Shown one piece after another: positions 50,935 to 63,936 of a DNA stretch of 64,000 nucleotides. Below the pieces are notes generated by a model that did no database searches, was not told the origin of the DNA, and saw only the letters and a program-made list of their open reading frames with translations. The stretch lies in the NCBI GenBank assembly GCA_964016885.1, contig OZ024742.1:253704001-253768000 (forward strand). Direction: 5' to 3'. How positions within the stretch are numbered: the stretch's first letter is position 1; each line of letters opens with the position of its first letter. This stretch comes from Eledone cirrhosa. Its lineage: Eukaryota. The translations under genes were made by a program, and so were the position numbers.

Positions 50935-51482
50935 CTTCTGGTTTTATTATTTTATGTATTTTCCCCAATAGAGAGAGAGAGAGCCGGTTTCTTACATAGA
51001 CACAAGACTCTTTCATTGGAATTTAAACATCAATTATGTAAATACGTACGTATGGATGTTATTGTATGTCTGGATTTGCATGTTTTGAGTTATATATGTG
51101 CACATGCATATGTTTCTGTGTCTATACATGTTTATATGCAATTATTACATGCAGAATTTCAGAAATGTTTTACATATTTTTACAATGTGTATGTATGCAT
51201 GTATGTATGTATGTTCTGGTTTTATAATTTCACAAATTTTTACCAATAGAGAGAGAGTCGGTTTCTAACATAGACACAAGACTCTCTTGTTGGAATTTAC
51301 ACAACATCAACTAGATAGATATGTATGGATGTCTGCATGCATGTGTGCAGGTATGGATGTTATTATATGTGTGGATGTGTATGTTTTGAGTTGTATGTGT
51401 GCATGTGAATATGCTTTGTATCTGTACAAGTGTATATGCAGTTATTAGATGCAGATTTTTGGAATGTTTTACATATTTTTAC
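50935..51482. repeat. Diverged ~278-bp direct duplication
   Basis: CCAATAGAGAGAG…CGGTTTCT.ACATAGACACAAGACTCT…GCAGA.TTT..GAA.TGTTTTACATATTTTTAC occurs twice. Confidence 0.75.
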
Positions 51483-51499
51483 TGTTCCATTAATGGATT

Positions 51500-52300
51500 A
51501 TACTTGTAATTTCCTAACTACTAGTGTTTCTGTGAAGTCCAGCTTCTCAAGATTTGTATTGAGGCAGTTATTAACATATCCCAGTGCCCCATTAATCCCA
51601 GGCATAAATCTGAAGGTATAGTCAGGGTGGAGTATCTACAGATTTCTCATTGGTTCTGCATAAATATTCTCCATTTCGCTAATCTTTGATATCATATTGG
51701 CATCTGCTGGACAGCTAACTTCCACTACTGTGCATGCCTTCTTTTCCCTGTCCCATATCATTATATCTGGTCTGTTATGCCTGCATTTTATTGGGGTTTT
51801 TACTGGAACATTTCACCAGTACTCTTTCATATTATGTATATGTATGTCTTCCACATTGCTGTAGGTTTTAATGTGTTTATTATCGGAGTTATCTTTTCTA
51901 CGGGTAGCATTGTACAGTGTTTTGGCCATTACATCATGCCTCATAGGTAGATAGTACCACGATGACATCTTTGGACAGCTGCTTATGACATGGGTGAGAT
52001 CTTCAATGTTAATTCTGCAGAGTATGCACTTCTCACATCTAGGTGTTTTGAAGCTGTATCAAGTCTGCATCCCTATCTCTTTTTGAATCAGGTATTTTGA
52101 CTTGATTTCCTGTTCATGGATTGCAAAAGCATATCCTTCAAAGTGAGAGCCAATATAGTGGTTGTTGGTCCAAGATAGATTACATTGTGTATCTATATTA
52201 CGCTCACTCTGGAATTTCCTGCCAACATATCCATGCATGATTTTTTGCTGATAAGCATGTAGTTTGCATCCATAGATTCACTGTGTTATTGCTGGTCAAC
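51500..52300 (-). mobile_element. R4/Dong-like non-LTR retrotransposon remnant (CCHC + restriction-like endonuclease)
   Basis: EGYAFAIHEQEIKSKYL…CILCRINIEDLTHVISSCPKMS…MRHDVMAK…HNRPDIMIWDREKKACTVVEVSCP…GALG. Confidence 0.82.
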
Positions 52301-52534
52301 TGTATATGTTTGTATGTATGTATCTATGTAGACATATATATGTAAATAAGACTATTTATTGCTTAACCTGTAAATAAAACACTTAGAAAATACCATAAGC
52401 CTGCACTCATAATTCATGCTAAACCAACTCCCTGCTGCATTCCTGATTTTACAAATCAGCCATGGACCATACCAGCCACCAAATGGGAAAGACAGATGTT
52501 ATCAAGTAGCAACTGTCAGATTACATAGTTTCTT

Positions 52535-52595
<61 letters not shown>

Positions 52596-52682
52596 CAAGT
52601 ATTGGAATAAAACATACTGTACAGCCAATCCATGTTATCCTTCACTCCTTTATTATATATATATATAATAAAGGAGTGAAGA

Positions 52683-52915
52683 ATTATCATCATCATCATC
52701 ATCATTTTACGTCTGCTTTTCCCTGCATGCAAGGGTGGGACAGGAACTGATTCTGGCTTGATTTCTACAGCTGGATGCCCTTCCTAACACCAACCTTTTA
52801 CAGTGAGTTCTGGGTGCTTTTTTACCGTGGCACCTCCACGACCACTTTGCAGTGGAATGATATGGACCCCAGTCCCTATTTCATTTCATTTCTACAGCTG
52901 AGTAAACTGAGGCAA
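52683..52915 (-). mobile_element. CORE-SINE/RTE-tail copy
   Basis: Near-identical to 12197-12430. Confidence 0.75.
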
Positions 52916-53339
52916 TTTTGGCTTGTAAACATAAATTGCACAAAACTTTCCTGTATTACAGCCTCATATTATACCCTAACGGATAGTACAAACTATACGC
53001 GGATATTTTACGTCTTGATGTGGTAGCTAAGTATATGTTATGTTTATACCATTACTTATTTGTATAGGTAAGTATATATTACCTGTATGTTTTGTGAAGG
53101 TACGTATACTTTCTCGTACGTATATTTGATTGTGTATGTTATGGCGTATATAATATATTATATATTCTGGTACATGTGCATTTGGTTATGTGTATACGTG
53201 AGTTTTGCGTCTGTGTGAGTATGCGGGTTCGTACGTATGTAGGGTCTGTGTATTTGTGTACTTTGTATTTTGGTTGACGTGAGTGTTTTCGCATATGTTT
53301 GTGTATGTACGTATATGGATGCATGTATGTATATATTTA

Positions 53340-53838
53340 ATTTCGATTACCTCTGTATTTTATTTACTTTATTCTTATCTCTGAAGCCGAGAATCATTCG
53401 GTTTCCTAGATAGAATTTTAGTCTACGACTTCAGTTATACCATAAACGTTGTTTTGTCTTTGCGTGTAATTGTTCTCACTGTAACACATAATGACGTATT
53501 ATCTTCGTTTTTTTTCGTTCATTGCCAGAGAATGTCTCCATGAACCACCTAATAGAATATTAGTCTACGACTTCATTTATACCATAAACGTGGTTTTGTC
53601 ATTGCGCGTAATTGTTTTCACCACTCCAAATAATGACGTATTATCTTCGTCTTTTCCGTTCTTTGCCAGGGAACGTTTCCACGAACCAAAGTATCGTCTT
53701 CCTGTCTTCCTTCGGTTGCAACGGTTTTTGAAATATTCACTTCTGCGTTCACAGATTGATTTTTTAGTTTCAGAAGATCCCCTTAAGGGTGAAAGCAGCG
53801 ATTCTTTGCTTAAACTTTAATCTGTTATTTCAATAAAT
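53340..53838 (+). mobile_element. CCCTTAACGGG-family copy
   Basis: Matches 8805-9080 and the reverse complement of 42478-42970; ends TTAATCTGTTATTTCAATAAA(TA)n. Confidence 0.8.
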
Positions 53839-53978
53839 ATATATATATATATAACGAAGGAAATGTGGTAAGGAACCAGGTGGACCATAACGCACCAAAG
53901 TACTCAATACTTAGGGTAGTAGAGTGGGTAATAGGAACGAGTAGGACCCGACGTTAAACGATGATGATGATGATGATA

Positions 53979-54033
<55 letters not shown>

Positions 54034-54249
54034 TCATTATGTGTGCCTGTGTGTATTTCATGTCTGTGTTTAGGTTTCTTTCTATGTTATATCCTGTAAC
54101 TAAGTAGTTCAACATAAAAAAGATTAATAGAATAAGTACAAGACTTGAAAAGTTCAGGATTGGTACATTATTTTATATCACCTCCAGAAGAATGAATGGC
54201 AAATTTCACAAAATGTAAAGAGCCAAAACAACAATGAAGTAACAAAGAG

Positions 54250-54830
54250 TAACATAAAAATGCTAAGTAGTAATAAAGAAAACAGTTATCAAAACAGCTA
54301 AGTACTAATGTAGGAAATTAGCAACTAAAACTGCTCAGTAGTAATGCAGAAAACAGTAACTAAAGCTGCTATGTAGTAATGTAGAAAACTTTAACTAAAA
54401 CTGCTAAATATTAATGTGGAAAATGTGAAAAAGGCGGTGGATTGGCAGTATCGGTAGAGGGTCGGACGCCATGTTTTCCAGCATAGTTACGTCCCTTTAC
54501 GATCTGAGTTCAAATCCCGCCAAGGTTGACTTTGCCTTTCATCCTTACGGGGTCGATAAAATAAAGTACCAGTAATGCACTGGGTAATTGCTGGCCTTGT
54601 GCCTAAAATAGAAACAATTAATGTGGAAAATAGTAACTAAAGCTGCTATGTAGTAATTGACAACGTAGAGGACAGTAAATATCACTGCTATTTAGTAAAG
54701 TAGAAAAAGCAACTCACACTGTGAGGTTGTAATGTAGAAAACAGCAGCTAACACTATTAGGTTGTAATGTAGAAAACAGGAGCTAACACTGCTATGTAGT
54801 AACATAGAAAACAGAAACTAAAACTGTTCT
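54250..54830. repeat. Degenerate ~31-35-bp minisatellite interrupted by a SINE
   Basis: Units such as AACTAAAACTGCT.AGTAGTAATGTAGAAAACAGT. Confidence 0.65.
54433..54620 (+). mobile_element. tRNA-derived SINE, full length, with 15-bp TSD
   Basis: GGCGGTGGATTGGCAGTATCGG…GAGTTCAAATCCC…; TSD ATTAATGTGGAAAAT at 54410-54424 and 54617-54631. Confidence 0.88.
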
Positions 54831-55119
54831 TCATTTATATCTATTTCTTACCTTATCTCTCTATCCTCTCTGTGGAGAAGACTGGATTCTATCCAAGACA
54901 AACTGTATATCACAATGGTGCCCCCCTACAATTCCATCAAAAGTTATGTTTTCATAGACAGATATACAAACATCTACTTGTAATAAACATCCTGAGGTGT
55001 ACTAAGGTATAAATAAGATGCCATCAGCACATCAATGCTGGCATACATACAAACATACATATGCATATACATACATACATTCATACATTCATATACACAT
55101 ACATACATAGATATATAAA

Positions 55120-55400
55120 AAAGTCTAAAGTCTGTCTTAAGCCAGCAGGCTCATTTGGCCGGTGTTTATCCCGGTTTCATGGTGTGAAGCAACTGAGAGT
55201 ACAAGACTCCCCAGAGTACAGGACACCAGTCCATCACAGGGTTAAACCCCCAGCCATTGCTGATATTCATTTTCAGCTGAGTAAACTGGAGCAACATGAA
55301 TTGAAGTGTTTTTGTTCAAGAACACAACACATAACCCAGGAATCGAACCCACAACATTATGATTGTAAGTCCAACACCCTTACAACTAGGCCACGTGCCT
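55120..55400 (-). mobile_element. Full-length tRNA-head CORE-type SINE, third tail type
   Basis: Minus strand GGCACGTGGCCTAGTTGTAAGG…GGGTTCGATTCC…TTCTTGAACAAAAACACTT…CCTGTGATGGACTGG…GAAACCGGGATAAA…AGACTTT. Confidence 0.8.
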
Positions 55401-55999
55401 CTACCCATATATATATACATACATATATGCATACACAAGCACATACATACATTCATACATACATACAAACATACATAGACTAAATTATATATTATGATAA
55501 AGCTGATGAACTTTTTCACATCAATAATTCCATAGAAACTTATCATCATTTCCTATTAAGCAACTTGAATTGATATAGTTATACAAATGAAATATTTATA
55601 TTAATTTCATCCTAATTTTCTTTAAAATATAAGAAATTTTTTATTAAATAAAATTATTTTAGGAAATAATATTATTGAAGGCAATAATGGCGGTAAAGAT
55701 GCATTACTACAATATGAATGAACTCACATAAACACATGCATTCACATACAAACATATTTGCATATGCACATGAGCACAATTGCATACACACATACTTATA
55801 TAAGCTTACATACTTATAAATACAACACACACACATGTACACACACATATATATATATAGTTTAGGTAGTACGGTAAAATTGATTGATTGATTGAGAAAA
55901 TTGCCAAGCATTTTAATTTTGACACACTTTCCAATCAAATTATTAAAATGAAAACTTTACTTTTCATATAAAATTGATTTAGTAAAATACTTAAAATTA

Positions 56000-56670
56000 A
56001 TTAAAGGATGTGGAATTGATATGTAAGTAGAAAGTAGAGCATGAAAGCTGTTTTAAACAATATGTGATTGATATGTGAGTAACAAGTGGAATGGGAAAAC
56101 TTTTTTAAAGGATGTGTGATTGATATGTGAGTAACAAGTGGAATGTGAAAACTTTTTTAAAGGATGTGTGATTGATATGTGAGTAACAAGTGGAATGTGA
56201 AAACTGGTTTAAAGGATGAGTGATTGATATGTGAGTAACAAGTGGAATGTGAAAACTGTTTTAAAGGATGTGTGATTGATATGTGAGTAACAAGTGGAAT
56301 GTGAAAACTGTTTTAAAGGATGTGTGATTGATATGTGAGTAACAAGTGGAATGTGAAAACTGTTTTAAAGAATGTGTGATTGATATGTGAGTAACAAGTG
56401 GAATGTGAAAACTGTTTTAAAGGATGTGTGATTGATATGTGAGTAACAAGTGGAATGTGAAAACTGTTTTAAAGAATGTGTGATTGATATGTGAGTAACA
56501 AGTGGAATGTGAAAATTGTTTTAAAGGATGTGTGATTGATATGTGAGTAACAAGTGGAATGTGAAAACTGTTTTAAAGGATGAGTGATTGATATGTGAGT
56601 AAATGGTGAAAACCTTTTTAAAGGATGTGTGATTGATATGTAAATAAAAAATGGAATGTGAAAACTGTAT
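56000..56670. repeat. 52-bp tandem repeat, about 12 copies
   Basis: Unit AAAGGATGTGTGATTGATATGTGAGTAACAAGTGGAATGTGAAAACTGTTTT; homogeneous centre, decayed edges. Confidence 0.92.
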
Positions 56671-56994
56671 TTATATGAAGATTCTCTGGTAAATGTAATA
56701 ATTCCTATGCCTAAGTCAATGGAAGATATCCTTCTGTCTTTAGCATTTACCCCAACTAAATCAATGCAATGATATGGACCGTTGATTGAAAGAGGAAATA
56801 AAATCAATTCAGCTGTAGAAACCATGCCAGACTAAGGGATGTGAGGACCCTTCAGTTGTGTCAAAGACACAGCAGCCTTTCATTTTCCTCATTCTAGATA
56901 TACTCTGTCATCCTTATTTTAAAGAAATAATATCACGTCAAGAGCTTGAATTGAATATATATATACTGTATATATATATATATATAGATATATA

Positions 56995-57689
56995 TATCAA
57001 CATGCAAAACTCAAGCCTAATGACTCACAAGAAATCATCATGGTAAAATTATATCTACATAGCAAACTAGGGCTCCGACAAATTAAGGAAGCCACCCATA
57101 TAATGGAAAGTAAACCCACCCTCAATAGAAAGTATGAATGGAATAGCAACCCCCCACCCCATCCCCATCCGTGATAGAATTCAGTAATAGATTTGTAACT
57201 GCCTAGTAATGGTGAGAGGAAAAATAATATTATGCTATGTCAAATAAGACTGAACAGAAGACAGACTCAGGGACATGTGTAGAGATGTAAAAGGAATGCA
57301 TACACATATACACACATAGATAATAGATAAGTAAAGATACACAAACCTTGGTGGGAGATTTACCTGAACATACACAAATACAAATAAACCACAAACACAG
57401 ATTAAAAATAAACACACAAACTTACATACTCACACACACCCACAATAACTTTGAAGAGAAACAAGATATAAAGACATGCAAACAAAGAGTAGACATGGAA
57501 GAGCAAGAATACTTATTGAGGTATTGTGATGAAAGAGCTTTGAAAATCAAATATGATTAAATAGCTATCCGGTTAGTAAACTGACCAAGAAATGAATTAG
57601 TTACTTAACTAATAATAAAATTGAAGTGAAACTCAACCAGTGCTAGTGTTTTTATTGGCAGTATCCGCATCCCGAAGTGTAATAGTATA

Positions 57690-57690
<1 letters not shown>
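56995..57690 (+). mobile_element. Diverged 3' end of a PLE related to 12461-15905
   Basis: LRQIKEATHIMESKPTLNRKYEWNSN; relic TGTGATGAAAGAGCTTTGA near 57525-57543; similar terminus …TTTATTGGCA…. Confidence 0.7.
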
Positions 57691-57725
<35 letters not shown>

Positions 57726-59084
57726 CATGTGAGGGTATATATATATATATATATACATACCCTCACATGCGTACACACATAAATACACATCTTTGTGCAC
57801 ACATATGTCTGTAAATGTGTGTTTATAAATGAAATATGTAAAGATAAAAATAAAAAAGCAATACAAACCTAAAATAAAAAAATGACCAGACAATTCTATG
57901 TGAAGATGTTTATTATACAATGTATATATATATATATATATACACATGAGAAGAGAGTCTTTGGATAAGTTTCAAACCTTAATTTTGGACAGGTTTCAAC
58001 AAATCTCTTAGGACTGTCTTTCGATCCTTTCCCTAGTTGACCCTTATCCATCAATTGATAAATGTAAGTAGCCTGATAATTTTCAAAACAACAGCAGCAG
58101 CAACAACAATAACAACCATAATTTAATGCGACAAAATTCGAATATATGTCTAGTCTTGCTGTCTTGTTCATATTTTCCAAATATAAACAAAATATTTTGT
58201 GTTTTATCCGCATCTGCAGTAACATCTTAGAATACACCTCTGTTGGTTTCGATTAATGGAATAACCAGTTTATTAAATTAAGAAATAAGCAGCTGAACAT
58301 TCCACAAACATATGTACCCTTAACATAATTCTGAGGGTGATTCAGTGTCACACAGTGTGTGACAAACTTGGTCATTTGAATTAAAAGTAGAGTGTATTTT
58401 GTCTTATAGTATAAGTAGATGAGCATTTCACAGACACTTATACCCGTGATATAATAATCAGAGAGATGCAGCACAACATAGTGTGTAACACGACTTACTT
58501 TCTGAATTACAAGTACAGTCCATCTTGTATTAAAGTGTAAATGGCTGAGCATTCAACAGACACACATGCAACCATAAGATAATTATCAGAAAGATACACA
58601 ACATGACAGAGTGTGTAACAAGACTGGCTCATTGAATTGTAGGTATATTCCATCTGATGGACTTCCAATCAGTTTCTGTTTATCTAGTTTCATAAGGCTT
58701 TGGTCACCCTGAGTCTATAGTAGTTGACACTTGGCCTAAGATGCCACACAATGAGATTGAACCCAAGACCCTATGATTACAAAGCAAATTCCTTAAACAT
58801 TCGGTCAAGAGGCATCCACAATATAATATCTATTATATTAACCCTGTTGTGTATTTCATGTAAAACATCTGTCATGGTGGAAATGGAAATAGTAAGAGTG
58901 TATGTGTGAGAGAAAGATAGATAATGTGTGTCTGTTTATGGTTGTTATAGCAAATAATATAATTCCAAACTCTTGTTACTTGTGTATATATATATATATA
59001 TTTATATGCATATATGTATACATATATATTTGTATACACACACATATATATAATATATATGTGTGTGTGTGGGGGGGGGGGGGT

Positions 59085-60110
59085 ATTTTAATGATGCTGG
59101 CTTAATTATCAAATCCGTTGTGTATGAGGCAGAGATTACACACAACACAGAAAGTTTTTTATGCATCTCCACTCCTTCAGGAATCCTGATATGAGAACTA
59201 GTACAGCTCTGGCAAAAGAAGCATGGCAATTAGAGGAGAAAGGAGTTCCACACTAGATATCTTGGAAGGTAGTTGAAAGATCAAGACCAAACATCAGCGG
59301 TATCAAGAAATGTAATCACGATCTGAGTGAGAAATTTAGGATATTACAAAGTTTGTTATCTCTGATAAATATTGACTTGAACTAAACAAGCGAAATTTTT
59401 AGAGGATGCCTCCATCTCAAAACACAACTGCTGCTAAGTAGAAATACTCAACTGATTTTCAACCACCTTATATACTCCTGTTATATCTTTTATCTCTCTT
59501 TCCACACTTACATAATACAATACACTTTCTATATTACTTACCATCTCTCTATTATATTCCACCAGTTACTACAATATTCCTGCAATACTCTATGAACAGA
59601 ATCACGTGGTTGATCTCATAATTCATATTTAATTCTTGGAGTTATTTCCATTTGATTTTGATGTTAACTTTCATAAACATGCGTTCCTAGGAAAATTTAC
59701 TTTTAACGGTATCTTATAAACTCGTATTAGTGGCTGAAGAAATTTGATGCCTCTTGTTTTCTGGAGGTATGGTCAAATTTGGATCTTGAAAACTTGGATA
59801 GCACCATTGTTCCATGCATGAACATAAATAAATAATATATTTCTGCTCTTTTCCCAATTAGGCACTGTTTTCCTTTTTCATTTGAACACCTATGGGTATT
59901 GTTATATATATGGGTATTGTTATATATATACATACATATATATCATCATGCATATATATACACATACATATAAATCATTAGGGCTTTCCTGATGATTTCC
60001 TCCAAATGAAACAGTTCTCGTCCTGTAGAAGCTTTTTCTATATGAAATACTCTACTTTGTATTGAGTACCTTACTTACTGTGGTTACCCCAGGTTGAACT
60101 CTGGGTAAAC
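59085..60110 (+). mobile_element. PLE 3' remnant (GIY-YIG C-terminus + pLTR with HHR), a further lineage
   Basis: KSVVYEAEI…FRNPDMRTSTALAKEAWQL…ISWKVVERS…KKCN..LSEK…LN*TSEIFRGCLH. Confidence 0.75.
59981..60035 (+). ncRNA. Type I hammerhead ribozyme motif
   Basis: GGGCTTTC-CTGATGA-TTT(CCTCC)AAAT-GAAA-CAG(TTCTCGTC)CTG-TA-GAAGCTTT; stem II weak. Confidence 0.7.
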
Positions 60111-60648
60111 ATATATATATATATATAGAGAGAGAGAGAAATAGATAGATATATGAAGATATATGAGTTGCAACATGTAACATGGGGAGTGAGTGGGCCA
60201 TACCCTACCATGCTGGCCCAGTGTGGGTTAGTAGAGGGTGGATATGATTTTGGCCAGGAAACTCAAACCCAGTCTTTCCAACATCATTGAATGTGCTTGT
60301 CATAGCTTGAGTTTTCCTCAGTCCAGCCCTTGCAAGCCCCGTCACCACTTAAAAAATCATTAGCAAATCAAAATGGAAGTTGGCAGGACACATTATCAGA
60401 AAGAGTGATAAGAGATAAACCACCAATGTCACCTTCTGCATCTCATGCCAGATAAGCAGGTGACAAGATGACTTCAAGAAAATTGAAAAAAAATTTGAAC
60501 ATATTTGGTATATCATCATCATCATCATTTTACGTCCTCTTTTCCCTGCTTGCAAGGGTGGGACAGGAACTGATTCTGGCTTGAATTCTACAGCTGGATG
60601 CCCTTCCTAACACCAACCTCATTTACAGTATATATATATATATCTATA

Positions 60649-60724
<76 letters not shown>

Positions 60725-60779
60725 ATAAATTCTATATATATATATAGAGAGAGAATATCTATATATATATAGAGAGAGA

Positions 60780-61993
60780 GAATAAATTCCAAACTTGGAA
60801 GCAGAGACTAGAAAGAAAGGGTCTCAAAGTCAACATGACAAAGACTAAGGTCCTTGTAAGTAGACGAGAAAACAGAACCCAGATCCCCTCAGGGAAATAG
60901 CCTTGCTCAGTATGTAGGAAAGGTGTAGGTAGGAACTCCATTCTCTGCCCCAAATGCAAACAATGGGTACACAAGAGATGTAGTGGGATCTCAGGAAGCT
61001 TAATTAAGAATGTATGCTTCACATGCAGCAGCTGTGCTGGGACAGCAAGCAGCAAACAGCCACAGGAAACAAGTACCACCAATCTCTGGGAGGGCTCTGT
61101 AGAAACAGTAGACAGCTTCTCTACCTAGGTGACTGAATTAGCAGCGGAGGTGGGTGTTCAGAAAGTACAATAACTAGGGTAAGAACGGGATGGAAGAAGT
61201 TTAGGGAACTACTACCACTGCTAGCTGCAAAAGGCTTCTCCCTCAGAATAAAAGGCAGACTGTATGATGCGTGTATCCGAACAGCGATGTTGCATGGTAA
61301 TGAGACCTGGGCGCTGAAGGTGGAAGACTTACGTAAATTAGAGAGAAACGAAGCCTGCATGCTCCGATGGATGTGTAACAGTAATATACGTGAACGACAA
61401 AGCATAAATGAATTGAGAGAGAGACTGAGCATAAGAGGAATCAAATGCTGTGTGCAGGAGAGGCGGTTGCGCTGGTATGGACATGTGATGCATATGAAGG
61501 ATGACAGCTGCATAAAAAGGTGCAGAGCATTAGAAGTCAATGGAAACCGCGGAGTGGGGGAGACCCAAGATGACCTGGGATGAGATGATAAAAGCTAACC
61601 TTCCCCAATTACACCTCTCAAAGGTGATGACACACGACCGTGACCTCTGGCGTCACGCAGTAATACAGAGTACCCGACCTCCCATGGGTACAAGCTGAAG
61701 CATATAGACAATATGCCCCACACCCCCACCGCAAGGTGGTCGTGGAGGTGCTACGGCAAAAAAGCACCCAGCCCACACTGTAAAGTGGACGTGTAGGCGC
61801 CACGAAAAAGCACCCAGCACTCACTGTAAATGAGGTTGGTGTTAGGAAGGGCACCCAGCTGTAGAAATCAAGCAAAATCAGTTCCTGTATGAGCAAGGCA
61901 TGGTCAGCCGACCAGACACTGCCCACAACAGGACAACCCGTCTAACCCATGCTAGCGTGGAAGAACGGACGTAAAACGGTGATGATGATGATG

Positions 61994-61995
<2 letters not shown>
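60780..61995 (+). mobile_element. RTE-clade LINE fragment with complete 3' UTR and (GAT)n tail
   Basis: GLKVNMTKTKVL…CSVCRKGVGRNSILCPKCKQWVHKRCSG…MLHGNETW…RRLRWYGHV. Confidence 0.9.
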
Positions 61996-62052
<57 letters not shown>

Positions 62053-62496
62053 TGTGTGTGTGTATGTGTGTACATGCATATCTATCTGTATAGATATGTA
62101 TATGTGTGTAGATGTGTGCGTGTGTTCTAATATATAGGTATATATGTGTGCGTGTCTGCGTATGTGTACGAATGTCTATGTATGTGTGTGGGTGTGTGTG
62201 TGTACATGTGTGTTTGTGTGTATGTGAGAGTGTGTGTGTGTGCGTGTATATATATATATATATGTCGCGATATTGGTGGTATGGGATCACTAAATATAGT
62301 AGTAAAAGTCAGACAATGACACCCATGTTTGAACATGATTGACAGCTTGACCGGAGGACAGACAAATGCCCCTCAGATGATGATGAGATAATTGTACCAA
62401 TGAAAAGGCCAATATAACAGGATGCTAATATGTGCTGTAGATAAATAATAACTGAAATGCTTCAACAAACAGAATCGGAGACGAACTCATATACCA

Positions 62497-62590
62497 AACA
62501 TATCTGATGAATTTTCGATTACAGAGTCAGTTTTGATCTATAATAGATCATGCCTCGAACTGATCAATAGAGAAACATATGTAATATGTT
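62497..62590 (+). ncRNA. Type I hammerhead ribozyme motif with palindromic stem III
   Basis: AACATAT-CTGATGA-…(hairpins CAGTT/AACTG and GATCTAT/ATAGATC)…-GAAA-CATATG-TA-ATATGTT, then ATTAAA; 7-bp perfect stem I; base of stem II imperfect. Confidence 0.8.
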
Positions 62591-62639
62591 ATTAAATATG
62601 GTATGATGCAACACTGAATCCTTGTTCCTTATCATTATA

Positions 62640-62820
62640 TTGGCAGTATCGGTAGAGGGTCGGACGCCATGCTTTGACACATAGAGTTACGGCCCTTTCC
62701 GTTCTGAGTTCAAATCCAGCCGAGGTTAACTTTGCCTTTCATCCTTATGGGGTCGATAAAATAAAGTACCAGTAATACACTGAGTAATTGCTGGCCTTGT
62801 GCCAAAAGTAGAAACAATTA
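62640..62820 (+). mobile_element. tRNA-derived SINE (family of 8514)
   Basis: TTGGCAGTATCGGTAGAGGGTCGGACGCC…GAGTTCAAATCC…AGAAACAATTA. Confidence 0.85.
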
Positions 62821-62901
62821 TAATATTATACTCTGCTCTGTGCGAGCATTGAATGCTCAACTGGCATACCGTCTACGGATGCATTTTTCTTGCAGCATTC
62901 C

Positions 62902-62936
<35 letters not shown>

Positions 62937-63225
62937 TTCTTTAGATTAAACAGCAGCTTCATATTGTAAAACCAGAGGTATTTCCAGGGCATTTGGTGTT
63001 AAAATGAGTGGAAGTTTATAGAAATTAGAAGTGAAATATATATATAATCTCTCTCTCTATACAACAGTTAGTTCACCATTACGAGCTGAGGATCCGCTAA
63101 GGTAATCTCTCTCTCTATATATAATATATTACAGAGTAAAATGATAGGATGCGGGACATGTTGAATTCCCTCATTTATTTCTGCAAACAATATGCACATT
63201 TCAGTGGCCAGTTTACGTAAGAACC

Positions 63226-63251
<26 letters not shown>

Positions 63252-63256
<5 letters not shown>

Positions 63257-63402
63257 AGCATTTAGAAATGCGCAACCGGTAAAAACTTAAAAACTTAAAA
63301 CCACAACTGAATACTAACCCATACAATCACTAATACTCTTTTATTCCTAATTAAACCATTTTTCAACTGTGAACAATTTGTCAGCATTTTCTATTCCGTT
63401 TA

Positions 63403-63408
<6 letters not shown>
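63252..63408 (+). mobile_element. Short pLTR-end fragment of the Neptune-like family, in (TA)n
   Basis: Matches 4399-4546 (GAAAAGCATT.AGAAATGCGCAACCGGTAAAAACTTAAAA…). Confidence 0.8.
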
Positions 63409-63451
<43 letters not shown>

Positions 63452-63671
63452 CAGTTGACAACAAGATCCCAGAACTCATAGGGTGGGGCTCGTCAAATTA
63501 GACTGAGTACACAATAATTCCATTGGTCTTTCCAATTGCTAATACTATCTATCGGTCACAAATCCAGGTAGAAGGAGCAACATGAAATAAAGTGTCTTTC
63601 TCAAGGGCATAACACAATGCTCACTCTGAATCAAACTCACTACCTCATGATTGTGAATCCAAGTGCCATCA

Positions 63672-63739
<68 letters not shown>

Positions 63740-63862
63740 GGTAAATATTGATGCAATTCACTTCAAGCACTCAACGTTCTTTTTCCACATAGGAGTGACG
63801 GAGTAAATATCGAATAAGGAAAAGCGAAGTAGTTTCAGATGTTCAAGTCCTTTAATAATAAT

Positions 63863-63936
63863 GCTGTGATATATATTTCAATGACGACACTGGCCACACT
63901 GTTCTGTGTGCGAGTGTCGTGTCATCGTCAGACAGC
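63863..63936 (-). ncRNA. Type I hammerhead ribozyme motif with palindromic stem III
   Basis: Minus strand GCTGT-CTGACGA-TGAC(AC)GACACT…CACAC/GTGTG…AGTGTCGTCA-TT-GAAA-TATATA-TC-ACAGC, then ATTAAA and about 120 nt to (TA)n. Confidence 0.8.

Noticed and set aside
54433-54520. SINE heads as tRNA genes
   Set aside because: A/B-box-like motifs are present but there is no cloverleaf, and they continue into repeated SINE bodies.
56000-56670. 52-bp repeat as CRISPR array or C2H2 zinc-finger exon
   Set aside because: No unique spacers and eukaryotic context; the unit is not a multiple of 3 and lacks the HxxxH/TGEKP pattern.
58125-58255. Short open, non-repetitive stretch as possible host exon on the minus strand
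   Set aside because: No recognisable protein similarity and no convincing splice pair; needs RNA-seq.
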